In this document: piece by piece, positions 35,263-44,570 of the stretch | How the letters are laid out: each line of letters begins with the position of its first letter | How positions within the stretch are numbered: the first letter of the stretch is position 1 | The notes under the pieces: model-generated | What the model was told of the DNA's origin: nothing | Databases searched by the model: none | The model's input: the letters and a program-made list of their open reading frames with translations, nothing else | NCBI GenBank assembly: GCA_965226875.1 | Contig: OZ245439.1 | Coordinates: forward strand, 3,955,818 to 4,019,817 | Source of the DNA: Dehalococcoidia bacterium | Lineage (GTDB): Bacteria; Chloroflexota; Dehalococcoidia; Lucifugimonadales; UBA3495 | Direction of reading: 5' to 3' | Length of the DNA stretch: 64,000 nucleotides | Position numbers and translations under genes: made by a program

Positions 35263-36281
35263 CTAACTGAAGTCCTGCCCCGGGCCGAAGAGCTTGGGCG
35301 TGTCTTCGACGATGGCGGTTCCCGACGCCGGGGGTTGCAGGTCGAGGGTCTGCCCGGGCGTGGCGGCGGCGGTGCGGACGAAGCCCAGGCCCCGCAGCTC
35401 GCCGCCGGGCGTTCGGTACAGCGACGTTACGGTGCCGGCGGGCCTGCCCTCGTGGTACAGCGTCGTCCCTGCGTCGGCCTCGCTGCCCTCGGAGAACGCA
35501 GAACCGACAGGTACTTTTGGACCCGGTGGTAGCTGTCCAACCGGGCGATGACTTCCTGGCCGATGTAGCAGCCCTTGGTGAAGTCTATCGCGCCGATGAG
35601 TCCGGCTTCCAGGGGGTTGTACGGCTCGCCCATCTCGCTGCCGAAGGCCGGCGCGCCGCTGGACACCCGCAGAGCTTCCCACTGGTCGGCGTCGGCCTCA
35701 ACGGCCCCGGCCTCGGCCAGCGCGGCGGTAATGTCGGATGCTGCGTCGCTGGGGGCCACCAGCAGGCAGCACGGCAGCGTTCCCAGGGGGCTGCTGACGG
35801 CGATGATGTCTTGTCCGCCGATGCTGACCGTGGGCGCGGGATACTGCATCCCCGGCAGGCGCTCCGTTTCCTGAGCGTCCAGGCCCAGCGCGGTATCGGC
35901 GGCTGGCCCTGCCACGGCGATGATGGCAGTGGACGCAGAAACGTCCTCGACCTCCAGGTCTTCCATGATGGTGTACTTGTCCAGCCACTCGATGACCGGC
36001 TGCTGCTGGCCTGGGCTGGTGAGCAGGTAAACGCATTCGCCGGCGTGTATGACACTGAGCAGGTCAACGATGCGCCCTCGGTCGCTGGTCAGCACGGTGG
36101 GCGCCCAGTGTCCGGGTTGAAGGTGGTCCACCTTGTTGGTGGAAAGCCGGTTCAGCAGGTCCAGCGTGTCCTCGCCGGTGGCCTTGATGCAGCCGTATCC
36201 GGCATTCGGGTGGACGGTCAGGGTATCGGCGGAGCCGACTGACGACGCAGGCTGCTGCCCGGAAGTCTGTTGCAGGGTCAT
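35263..36281 (-). pseudogene. YgfZ/GcvT-like folate-binding protein, interrupted by a 1-nt frameshift near 35508-35512
   Basis: ORF 35427-36281 carries the GcvT-like N-terminal and central part up to DFTKGCYIGQEVIARLDSYHRVQKYL. The C-terminal barrel (VGSAFSEGSEADAGTTLYHEGRPAGTVTS...) continues in another frame (ORF 35263-35682). Confidence 0.8.
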
Positions 36282-36314
36282 AGGGCCTCCGTGTCCTGGA
36301 GAGCGCCCAAGAGA

Positions 36315-36362
36315 TTCTCTCTCATCTTGCTCTCATCCCGGGAGAGGGTCAGAGCAGGGGCG
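36315..36362. repeat. REP1 element (degenerate)
   Basis: TTCTCTCTCATCTTGCTCTCATCCC-GGGAGAGGGTCAGAGCAGGGGCG. Confidence 0.7.
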
Positions 36363-36390
36363 TCCCCGTTTGGGATTGGAGAAACCGGAC

Positions 36391-36427
36391 CTAAACATAA
36401 ACGCCGCCTTCATCCGGTGAAGACGGC
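36391..36427 (-). terminator. Rho-independent terminator of the Fe-S assembly gene
   Basis: Minus-strand RNA GCCGUCUUCA-CCGGA-UGAAGGCGGC (10-bp stem with one G-U pair) followed by GUUUAUGUUU. Confidence 0.6.
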
Positions 36428-36473
36428 GCATTAACGATTCCTGTGGCGTTGTTCCGGCGAGGCAGGCGCTCGG

Positions 36474-36833
36474 CTAGACGCTGAACGAGGTGCCGCAGCC
36501 GCAGGCCTTCTTGGCGTTGGGGTTTTCAAAGATGAAGCCCTTGCCGTTCAGCCCGTCGGAAAAGTCCAACTGCGTGCCGACCAGATAGATATAGCTCTTC
36601 TTGTCGACGATTACCTTCACGCCGAACTGCTCGACCACCTTGTCGGTGTCGTTGTGCTCGCCGGAAATCTTCAGGTCGTAGGTGAGTCCGGAGCAACCGC
36701 CGCCTTTGACGGCCACGCGGACGCCCACGTCGTTATTAGCCGTCCCTTCCTTTTCGGCGAAATACTTAATCTTCTCGGCGGCCTTCGCGGTAATTTCCAC
36801 CGACATTTCAACACCGTCTCTCGTAATGGGCAT
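36474..36833 (-). CDS. Iron-sulfur cluster insertion/assembly protein (HesB/IscA/ErpA family)
   Basis: 119 aa. ...GGGCSGLTYD... and C-terminal CGCGTSFSV. Confidence 0.9.
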   Translation of the reverse strand: MPITRDGVEMSVEITAKAAEKIKYFAEKEGTANNDVGVRVAVKGGGCSGLTYDLKISGEHNDTDKVVEQFGVKVIVDKKSYIYLVGTQLDFSDGLNGKGFIFENPNAKKACGCGTSFSV

Positions 36834-36955
36834 AACTCCCTCCGAGGCTATCTTTTAGCCGCCAACACAACATCGCCGCCCCAGACAGGGCTGGCAAACC
36901 CAGTATATGCAACGGCAGCGCGGGCGTCAAGGCAGTCAGGGCCTCTGTCCGTGGT

Positions 36956-36984
36956 CCCCTCCCTCCGGGAGAGGTAACTTTACC
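36956..36984. repeat. REP1 element (short)
   Basis: CCCCTCCCTCC-GGGAGAGGTAACTTTACC. Confidence 0.55.
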
Positions 36985-37154
36985 TGAGAATAATGAAAAC
37001 ACACTGGCTCTTGTCGGCGGACCACTTGACAGTTAACCGACCTTTTGGGATGCTCTAGATAGTGAGGCGTTATCAGGAGCAATCGCCTCGCGGAGAATTG
37101 GCGGTGATGGTGCGATCCACCTGTCCGCCAACCCTAACCGCACCACCGCATCAT

Positions 37155-37227
37155 GCCCCTGTAGCTCAGAGGATAGAGCGGCGGCGTCCTAAGTCGCGCG
37201 TCGGGGGTTCGAGTCCCTCCAGGGGTA
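37155..37227 (+). tRNA. tRNA-Arg (anticodon CCT)
   Basis: 73-nt cloverleaf folded by hand. Acceptor GCCCCTG/CAGGGGT (G1-U72), D arm GCTC-AGAGGATA-GAGC, anticodon arm GCGGC-GTCCTAA-GTCGC, T arm GGGGG-TTCGAGT-CCCTC. No encoded CCA. Confidence 0.88.
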
Positions 37228-37352
37228 CTCCCTTTAGATACAACATGGGGCAATTCGACGACTCGTTATCACTTGCAGTACAGCAATAGGTATAACCAGC
37301 CATCAGCCCCGCCGCAATGCGTCTCGACCTGGGACGCAGACACCGCTTGCCT

Positions 37353-37382
37353 TTAGAGGCTATCTCAAAATCAACTGGCCCT
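37353..37382 (+). repeat. 30-nt dispersed repeat, copy 2
   Basis: TTAGAGGCTATCTCAAAATCAACTGGCCCT, 26/30 identical to 35149-35178. Confidence 0.7.
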
Positions 37383-37417
37383 CCTGATACCCCCGCATCG
37401 CTGACCAAAGCCCATAG

Positions 37418-37443
37418 CTTCCCGCCTTCGCGGGAACGACGGG
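37418..37443. repeat. REP2 unit (CTTCCCGCCTTCGCGGGAACGACGGG)
   Basis: Same hairpin unit as at 1234-1260. The similarity extends into the flank (GACGGGTTG-G/T-GTGCCGC). Confidence 0.65.
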
Positions 37444-37817
37444 TTGTGTGCCGCCCATCTCCCCGGCAACGCTTCCCGAGGGCCGAAACCGTCATGCCGC
37501 TTGGGGCTAACCTCCGGGATTCCATTGCCGCACCGCTCCCGTCTAATTTTGATGCCGGCGCGCGGATTGCATCGTTACGATTCCTGCTTGCACAACCCGC
37601 CAATTCGTTGACAATGGCTATGTCCCTTGCTAGATTAGGCGAATTATCGTATCCAATTAAGATATAGTGTTGCGAAAAATGGGACTGTTGGAGGGCCATC
37701 GAGACCGTTAGAGGAGTGCGAGCTGCCTATTGACGACCAGGCCGGTCCTTCATTATTGGGACCGGCCAGGATTGTTTACCGGAGACGTTCCAAAGAGAAA
37801 AGAGAGAGGAGGCCGAT

Positions 37818-38435
37818 ATGTCCAGCGAGTCCGGCCATACGGAAAAACTGGGATTCGACGAATGTACTGTGCCGGAGACCAACGTCAGCGTATACGAGGC
37901 TCTCTATCGACGGCGCATGGCGTGGAACTTCAAAGACCAGTCAGTACCCAAGGAGGCGCTGGCTCGTATGCTGGAGACCGCCGTCTGGGCGCCGAACCAT
38001 CGCCTCACCGAACCCTGGCGGTTCTTCATCCTGGGGAAGGGCAGCGCGGCGTTGGAGCAGGTGGCCGGGCTGGCCCACGACTTCGCCCTGCAACGGAGCG
38101 GCAACGCACAGCGCGCCGAGGCCACCCGCGATTCCCTGCTCAAGACCCCGGTGGTCATCTACATGTACTCCACTCCCGGACGCGACGAAGAAGGCACCCG
38201 GGAAAACTACGCGGCGGTCTGTTGCGCCGCCCAAAACATCGCCCTGGCCGGAGTGGCCGAGGGCTTGGCAGTCACCTGGGAAACCGGCGGCCCCACCCGG
38301 CACCCGGACCTGGCGAAGACCCTGGGCGCGGAGGACGACTGGGCGCTGGCCACCATGCTCTCCATCGGCTACCCCGCCGAAGACCCCCCATCCCGGCGCA
38401 CCCCGGTATCCAACTTCGTCCAGTGGTTGGAATAG
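37818..38435 (+). CDS. Nitroreductase-family protein
   Basis: 205 aa. YRRRMAWNFKDQSVP...APNHRLTEPWRF... is typical of the nitroreductase fold. GAGAGGAGG RBS. Confidence 0.85.
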   Translation: MSSESGHTEKLGFDECTVPETNVSVYEALYRRRMAWNFKDQSVPKEALARMLETAVWAPNHRLTEPWRFFILGKGSAALEQVAGLAHDFALQRSGNAQRAEATRDSLLKTPVVIYMYSTPGRDEEGTRENYAAVCCAAQNIALAGVAEGLAVTWETGGPTRHPDLAKTLGAEDDWALATMLSIGYPAEDPPSRRTPVSNFVQWLE

Positions 38436-38468
38436 CTCTCGCCGATCCAACATAGATGAGGAGGCGCC

Positions 38469-38924
38469 ATGCCCATTATCAGAAAAAGCGACCGGAGCAA
38501 GAGAGAAGAGGCAACCTCTCCCGGCCTGGAGTCGTTCAGCATCGTAGATGCGGCCCACGGCAGCGATTCGTTGAGAGTCGGGGAAGTGACCATCTCTGGC
38601 ATGTCCCGCGTACCGCGCCACACGCACACCAACACGGAAGAAGCGATGGTCTTGTTGGAGGGCAGCCTGGATGCGCTGGTGGGCCGGGAGCGATTGACCA
38701 TCGAACCCGGCGATTTGGTGCTTGCCCCTGCCGGCACGGTTCACGGTTTCGTCAACCGCTCCGATACACCGGCCCGGTTGTTGTTCGTCTTCCCGATTCA
38801 CGAACCCGACCGGGTGCTGACGACGCCGCCCGACGCCCTGCCTTCGGGGTTCCCGTCGGAGCAGGGCCTCTCCGGCTTTCGGTCTCCCCATGACCGGCCC
38901 CTGGAGCGGGAATCTGAGTCTTGA
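38469..38924 (+). CDS. Cupin-domain protein
   Basis: 151 aa. PRHTHTNTEEAMVLLEGSL...GDLVLAPAGTVHGF. Confidence 0.8.
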   Translation: MPIIRKSDRSKREEATSPGLESFSIVDAAHGSDSLRVGEVTISGMSRVPRHTHTNTEEAMVLLEGSLDALVGRERLTIEPGDLVLAPAGTVHGFVNRSDTPARLLFVFPIHEPDRVLTTPPDALPSGFPSEQGLSGFRSPHDRPLERESES

Positions 38925-38987
38925 CGGGCGTATTGCAATTGGGTAAGGTAGCAACAGAAACAAATCTCCCCAAAACGAGGGAAAACG

Positions 38988-40835
38988 ATGGCGGATTACG
39001 ATAAAATTATCCGTAACGGTACGATTGTCGATGGCACCGGCGGGACGCCGGCTTACCGAGGCGATGTCGCCATTAGAGACGGCAAAATCGCCATGATCAG
39101 CGGCCGGATCCAGGGATCGGCCAAAGAGGAGTTGGACGCCACGGGCTGCATCGTCGCTCCGGGAGCGATCGACCTGCACACCCACTACGACCTTCAGCTC
39201 AACTGGGAACCCTACGCCACCATGTCCGGCTGGCACGGCGTCACCTCGGTGACCATCGGCCAGTGCGGTTTCGGGTTTGCCCCGTGCAAACCGGAAGACC
39301 GGGATGCGGCGATGCGCCTGATGACCAGGATCGAGGCAATCCCCCTCAGGACGATGGAACTGGGCCTACGCTGGGACTGGGAGACCTTCCCGCAGTGGAT
39401 GGACAGCCTGGACAGCCATCCTCTGGGCGTCAACGTGGGCGCGCTGGTCCCGTTCAACACGCTGCGTATGTACGTGATGGGGCTGGAAGAGTCCCGCACC
39501 ACGATACGGGCTTCCGACGAAGAGATCGGGCGGATGGAGAACCTTCTGCGCGACTCGATGAAGGCTGGCGCCTTCGGCTGGTCGGCGATGAAGACCCTGG
39601 CCAACCGCCCCGACGACGGGCGTTTCATCCCCAGCCAGGTGGCCTCCAACGACGAGTTCCTGGCGCTGGCCAAGGTATTGAACGAGTTCGGAGTCGGTCA
39701 CATCGGTTGGACCCGCGGCCCGGCGGAACGGCCGTTGCCGCCCGGTGAGCCGGACCTGATTGGCGGCGGAGACCCCGGCCCCGTCGTGGCCGCGGTTACC
39801 GGACAGTCCGCGATCCTGATGGACGCAGTGGAAGGCGACGCTCCGGGCAGGGGCCGCGAGGACTTCCTCATCGAGATGTGTCTGGCCTCCGGGCGGCCCA
39901 TCCAGTGGGGCGCGGTGTCCTTCAACGAGAACGCCCCCGGCCGCTACAAGGAACAGTTGGCGTTCCTGGAAAGGGCCCGCCAGGAAGGCGCGCCGATGTT
40001 CGCCCAGACGACGGCCTACTCCCCCTCGCCGGTGTTCGAGCTGGCCGAATACAACGGCTTCGACGCCATGCCCAACTGGATTGACCCCTTCGTCGGAACC
40101 CCCGAAGAGCGGATCGCCAAGCTGAACATCCCCGAGAACCGGGACAAGATGCGCCAGGACGTAGGCGCATACGCCGGTCAGGGCGGCGCAGCCGACGCGG
40201 CCTCCGAGTGGTCCAAGATGCGGGTGGTGGAAGTCCGGGAAGACCGCAACCTGAAATACGAGGGCAAGAACATCGCCGAGCTGGCCGAGATGATGGGCAA
40301 GCACCCCATGGATGCCATGCTCGACTTGGCCATTGACGAGGGCCTGCGCACCGAGTTCACCTTCGACTCGGCCCAAGGGACCGACAGGAACGCGGTGTCG
40401 GAAATCCTGAACCACCCCTACACCCACCCGTGCGTGTCTGACGGTGGCGCCCATACCCGGTATCAGACCCTCGGCTGCTGGCCGGTCAACATGATTGCGG
40501 ACCGCGTCAGGGACCAGGGCATGATGAGCCTGGAGAAGGCCCACTACAAGATGAGCAGCCTTCCCGCCTCCATCGCCGGTTTCACCGACCGGGGAATCCT
40601 GAGGGAAGGGTTCGCTGCCGACATCATGGTCTACGACCTGGACAATCTGGGCTTGCAGTTTGACAGCCCGGTCTATGACACCGACTTCCCCGGCGGGGAG
40701 CGGCGCATCATCCAGAAGGCCAAGGGAATCCGCTTCACCATCGTCAACGGTGAGGTCACCTTCACCGAGGGCACCGTGTGCACCGGAGCGACTCCTGGGA
40801 AGCTGCTGCGCAGCTACGACATGGTAAACCGCTAA
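38988..40835 (+). CDS. N-acyl-D-amino-acid deacylase (D-aminoacylase) family amidohydrolase
   Basis: 615 aa. YDKIIRNGTIVDGTG...DVAIRDGKI...APGAIDLHTHYD...SDGGAH... Confidence 0.85.
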   Translation: MADYDKIIRNGTIVDGTGGTPAYRGDVAIRDGKIAMISGRIQGSAKEELDATGCIVAPGAIDLHTHYDLQLNWEPYATMSGWHGVTSVTIGQCGFGFAPCKPEDRDAAMRLMTRIEAIPLRTMELGLRWDWETFPQWMDSLDSHPLGVNVGALVPFNTLRMYVMGLEESRTTIRASDEEIGRMENLLRDSMKAGAFGWSAMKTLANRPDDGRFIPSQVASNDEFLALAKVLNEFGVGHIGWTRGPAERPLPPGEPDLIGGGDPGPVVAAVTGQSAILMDAVEGDAPGRGREDFLIEMCLASGRPIQWGAVSFNENAPGRYKEQLAFLERARQEGAPMFAQTTAYSPSPVFELAEYNGFDAMPNWIDPFVGTPEERIAKLNIPENRDKMRQDVGAYAGQGGAADAASEWSKMRVVEVREDRNLKYEGKNIAELAEMMGKHPMDAMLDLAIDEGLRTEFTFDSAQGTDRNAVSEILNHPYTHPCVSDGGAHTRYQTLGCWPVNMIADRVRDQGMMSLEKAHYKMSSLPASIAGFTDRGILREGFAADIMVYDLDNLGLQFDSPVYDTDFPGGERRIIQKAKGIRFTIVNGEVTFTEGTVCTGATPGKLLRSYDMVNR

Positions 40836-41085
40836 CCATCCCGCAAATCCCCGAGGGATTCGGACTGTTTCCGGGTTGCTTGAGTGCGCCCAGGCGAGGG
40901 ACCCCTTCAGGGGTCCTTCGTCGTCACCTGCCGGTCTTGCGTTCGCTCAACCTAGCTTGTCGCCTCTTATGTCGGTACTCGCTGATACCAGACCATGCTG
41001 TACCATTGCTCCAACGGCGTTTGACTGCCGCAATACAATACCTGCATAGAACACCTGCATAGGACTTGAAGGAAGGGAGGCAAGC

Positions 41086-41643
41086 ATGGCCAGAACGCCC
41101 GCAGTCACCAGAGAATCCGTGCCCGAACAAGAACGAGAAGCCTTCGATGCCTTCGTGGCGGCCCGGGGGGAAGTGCCGGCCACTGGCCCCGGCTCCGTCA
41201 TGCTCAATGCCCCCGAGGTCGCCCAGCGCGCCCTCGGCTTGGCCGCCTATCTCCGCACCAGTACGTCGCTCTCGCCCCGCATCCGAGAGCTGGCGATGCT
41301 GCTGGCGGCGCGGGAGAACGACTGCCAGTTCATCTGGAACGCCCACGCTCCCCCAGCGCGGCGCGACGGCCTGCGCAACGAACTCGTTGACGCGCTTCGG
41401 GACAAGAAGGATTTGCCCAACCCGGCAGACGACGAGTTGGCGGTAGTCAACTACGGGCGCGAATTCTTCCGTACCCGCCGGGTCAGCCGGGAATCATTCG
41501 ACGCGGTGGTGGCGCATTTCGGAGTCAACGGCGCCACCGAGCTGACAACCCTGATGGGCTGCTACGCCATGTTGGCCTTCAACGTCAACGCCTTCGGCGT
41601 CGAATTGCCGGAGGACATCACCGAAGAGCCGCTGCCCATTTAG
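41086..41643 (+). CDS. Carboxymuconolactone decarboxylase (AhpD-like) family protein
   Basis: 185 aa. RELAMLLAARENDCQFIWNAH... Clear paralog of 57087-57647, alignable over the full length by eye. Confidence 0.82.
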   Translation: MARTPAVTRESVPEQEREAFDAFVAARGEVPATGPGSVMLNAPEVAQRALGLAAYLRTSTSLSPRIRELAMLLAARENDCQFIWNAHAPPARRDGLRNELVDALRDKKDLPNPADDELAVVNYGREFFRTRRVSRESFDAVVAHFGVNGATELTTLMGCYAMLAFNVNAFGVELPEDITEEPLPI

Positions 41644-41682
41644 CTACAGCAACGGAGAGAACGACAGCAAGGAAGTGGACTG

Positions 41683-43131
41683 ATGATGCTCGGAAAGTTA
41701 ATGTCCAAGCTGTTGTCCGGCTATCCCGGAGGCTACAAGCATATGCGGCGGGGGACCCAGCCGGTCAACGGCCCTCCTCTCTTTGAGGTGCCGACCGACC
41801 CCCTGGACCGCCGCAGCCGCCTTCCCCCCACCGGGTTCCGGGAATACTGGTATCCGGCCCTGCCGGTCAAGGACGTCAGGAAGGACCGGCCACAGGTGCT
41901 GCGGATGTTGGGCACCGACCTGGTTTTCTTCCGCGACAAGGATGGGGGAGTGCAGGCCCTTCTGGATAGGTGTCCGCACCGCTCGGTCTATCTGTCGATG
42001 GGACGCTGCTATTTCGAGGGCTTCGTGACCTGCCCGTACCACGGCGCCACCTTTGACGGCGACGGCAATTGCGTCGCCTTCCTCACCGAAGGGCCGGACT
42101 CCAAGATGGTTGGGGTTCCGGGAATGAGGGCCCGCAAGTACCCCACCGCCAGCATCATGGGGATGGTCTTCGTCTGGATGGGAGACGGGGAGCCGGTCGC
42201 TCCGCAGGAAGACATCCCGCCGGAAATGTTTGAAGAGCACAACATCTTCCGGCCCTCCTTCACGATGTTCGACTGCAATTGGGTCCTGGTGCTGGAGAAC
42301 ACCATGGACGCCCACAATGCCTTCATGGTGCATCGCAATGCCCTGCGCATCCTGAAGAGTCGCCTGGGGGGCCGCCCCAGGACTCCCCTGGGTTATCGGG
42401 TGACCCTGGTCAAGGAGAAGAACGTCCACTACCGTCCGGGCGAAGGCAAGTCCCATGTTGAAAAGTATTACGAAGACGAAAACGGCGTTGTCCCGTACCA
42501 GATGTACTATCCCGGCGTGGACGGAGTCTGGCCCCTGCACCGCTGGCGGTTGCTATGGACCTGGTTCTTCGACCGGAAGGCACGGCGGAGGGGACAGATG
42601 CCCGGGCGGCTCCAACCCCCGCAGGCCGACAGCCCCGACGTGAACGAGTGGAACGGGACCAGGCTTCCGGGAATGTCCCGCACCGGCGGCAACAACGAGT
42701 ATTTCCGCAGCACCCGGTGGGCCGTGCCCGTTGAAGCCAATCTCACGCGAATGGTCTACCTGAACGTTGAACGCTATGCCACCCGCCCCGGCATCGCCCG
42801 GAGGCTCTGGAGCAGCATGACTTGGCCCTACCGGAACTGGGAATTGAATTTCAACTTCCGAAACCAGGACTACGACGCCGAGAAATACGTTCAATACGCT
42901 TCTCCCGAGTATCTTTCGTCGACCGATTCGGTGGTGGTGGCCATGCGCCGGCTCTTCGTGGAACACGCCCGTGACGCGCAGCGCCGCAGGGAGCGGGAAG
43001 AGGAACTCCCCGAAGCCCTGGAAGAGACGGAAGCCGAGCGGATGGTGCGGGAGGTTGACGCCCAGGTCGCAGCGGCGGCACAAGCCTTCGACCCGGCCCG
43101 CCTGGAGGAAGAACTGCTGCGCCGGGTCTAA
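41683..43131 (+). CDS. Rieske [2Fe-2S] non-heme-iron oxygenase, alpha-subunit-like
   Basis: 482 aa. CPHRSVYLSMG...CPYHGATF Rieske motif. NWVLVLENTMDAHNAFMVH iron-site region. Acidic helical C-terminal tail. Confidence 0.85.
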   Translation: MMLGKLMSKLLSGYPGGYKHMRRGTQPVNGPPLFEVPTDPLDRRSRLPPTGFREYWYPALPVKDVRKDRPQVLRMLGTDLVFFRDKDGGVQALLDRCPHRSVYLSMGRCYFEGFVTCPYHGATFDGDGNCVAFLTEGPDSKMVGVPGMRARKYPTASIMGMVFVWMGDGEPVAPQEDIPPEMFEEHNIFRPSFTMFDCNWVLVLENTMDAHNAFMVHRNALRILKSRLGGRPRTPLGYRVTLVKEKNVHYRPGEGKSHVEKYYEDENGVVPYQMYYPGVDGVWPLHRWRLLWTWFFDRKARRRGQMPGRLQPPQADSPDVNEWNGTRLPGMSRTGGNNEYFRSTRWAVPVEANLTRMVYLNVERYATRPGIARRLWSSMTWPYRNWELNFNFRNQDYDAEKYVQYASPEYLSSTDSVVVAMRRLFVEHARDAQRRREREEELPEALEETEAERMVREVDAQVAAAAQAFDPARLEEELLRRV

Positions 43132-43210
43132 AGCCCGAACCCGGCGCGGACGCAAGAAAATAGCAGGTTGAACTTTCAAGTTGAAACATCAGGCTGAAAG
43201 GAGGCGAGTT

Positions 43211-43663
43211 ATGTCCAGGGTTACGATGATCCAGCACATCAATCTCCAGATCAGCGACAAGGAGCGGACCCGCGAGTGGTATGAGAAAGTTCTGGGCGCC
43301 GAGTTTCTCGACCGCGGCCCGGAACTGAACCAGGGACAGCTACAGTTGCGAATCGGGAGCGGGGAAATTCACAGCACTCTTACGCCAAACCCCAACCCGT
43401 CGGGGCACTTTGCCCTGGAGATACACGACTGGGAAGAGATGATAGCCACCCTGGACGCGCTGGAAATCCGGTATTCTCCACCCACGCTCCGTGGATACAG
43501 CGGCGGGCGCTCCACCTACATCCATGACCCCGAGGGGAACATGATCGAGCTGGTGCAGCACCCCCTGGGGTTGAGAGACTCAAAGGGCGAGACTATCGAA
43601 GTGGCGCATGACCCCAAGGGCCTGAGGTGGGCCCAACTCGCCGGCTTCGGCCCTACCGGCTGA
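43211..43663 (+). CDS. VOC (glyoxalase/bleomycin-resistance/dioxygenase) family protein
   Basis: I prefer the ATG at 43211 (GGAGG 6 nt upstream). IQHINLQISD...HFALEI...DPEGNMIEL. Confidence 0.83.
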   Translation: MSRVTMIQHINLQISDKERTREWYEKVLGAEFLDRGPELNQGQLQLRIGSGEIHSTLTPNPNPSGHFALEIHDWEEMIATLDALEIRYSPPTLRGYSGGRSTYIHDPEGNMIELVQHPLGLRDSKGETIEVAHDPKGLRWAQLAGFGPTG

Positions 43664-43747
43664 TGCCCTTGTGCCGGTTGCGGCGACGCAGGCAGCATCA
43701 ACCCAATACCGCCTCGGACTGGACGCCGAGGCTTCGGAGGCGCAGCC

Positions 43748-44560
43748 ATGCCTTTTCTGGGCGCCGGCCCCGGAGTGGAACTGCACTATTACGACGACGA
43801 TTTCACCGACCCGTGGCGTTCTGCGCCAACAATGCTGTTGCAGCACGGGTTCTCCCGGAACGGCAGGTTCTGGTACAACTGGGTGCCCCTGCTGTCCCGC
43901 CAATTCCGCATCCTGCGTCCCGACATGAGGGGAATGGGCGGGTCCGTCATCGGTGAGGCCCAGTACGAGCCTTCTCTGGACACATTCGTGGATGACGTGA
44001 GGAACATACTGGACAATCTGGAGATAGAGGACGTGGTGTATGTGGGAGAGTCCTTCGGGGGCATCATCGGGCTGAATTTCGCCCACAAATACCCGGAGCG
44101 CACCCGCGCGCTGGTGCTGTGCAACACCCCCTGCCGCCTGCCCCGCCGGGAGCGTTCCGGCAGGGGAGGGGACGTGGACGACGCGCTGAGGCGGAGCGTG
44201 GGGGCCTGGTCCACCGCCACCATCAACAACCGGCTGGACACCCGGGCGGCGCCGCCGGGACTCGTAGAGTGGTACATCTCCGAAATGGACCGGACTCCTT
44301 CCTCCATCGGACAGAGCCTCCAGGCATACCTCGATACCCTGGACTTCAGCCCCTACCTGAAGGAGGTCGAAACCCCGACGCTCCTCCTGGTGGGAGAGGA
44401 ATCGCCCACCTCGACCCTGGAGCAGCAAAGGTTTATGGCCGGGCAGTTGCCCGACTCCCAACTGGTGGTCTATCCCGGGCTGGGCCACGGGATTAATGCA
44501 ATCCACCCGGAATGGTGCACGCAACAAGTGCGCCAGTTTGTAGCTTCGCTGACCAATTAA
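43748..44560 (+). CDS. Alpha/beta hydrolase
   Basis: 270 aa. LLQHGFSRNG...VGESFGG nucleophile elbow...GHG. Confidence 0.87.
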   Translation: MPFLGAGPGVELHYYDDDFTDPWRSAPTMLLQHGFSRNGRFWYNWVPLLSRQFRILRPDMRGMGGSVIGEAQYEPSLDTFVDDVRNILDNLEIEDVVYVGESFGGIIGLNFAHKYPERTRALVLCNTPCRLPRRERSGRGGDVDDALRRSVGAWSTATINNRLDTRAAPPGLVEWYISEMDRTPSSIGQSLQAYLDTLDFSPYLKEVETPTLLLVGEESPTSTLEQQRFMAGQLPDSQLVVYPGLGHGINAIHPEWCTQQVRQFVASLTN

Positions 44561-44570
44561 GGAGGGAACT

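Noticed and set aside
37155-37817. tRNA-Arg as the attachment site of an integrated element.
   Set aside because: No integrase gene is present, and I found no direct repeat of the tRNA 3' half downstream in the window. The downstream genes have host-like GC content. The only support is circumstantial, namely the IS-rich far end.
41683-43131. Apparent shift of the first iron-ligand His in the Rieske oxygenase (D-x-H-x5-H instead of D-x2-H-x4-H in ENTMDAHNAFMVH).
   Set aside because: I cannot align it reliably by eye, and it could be a trivial alignment offset. Reporting it would need a proper profile alignment.
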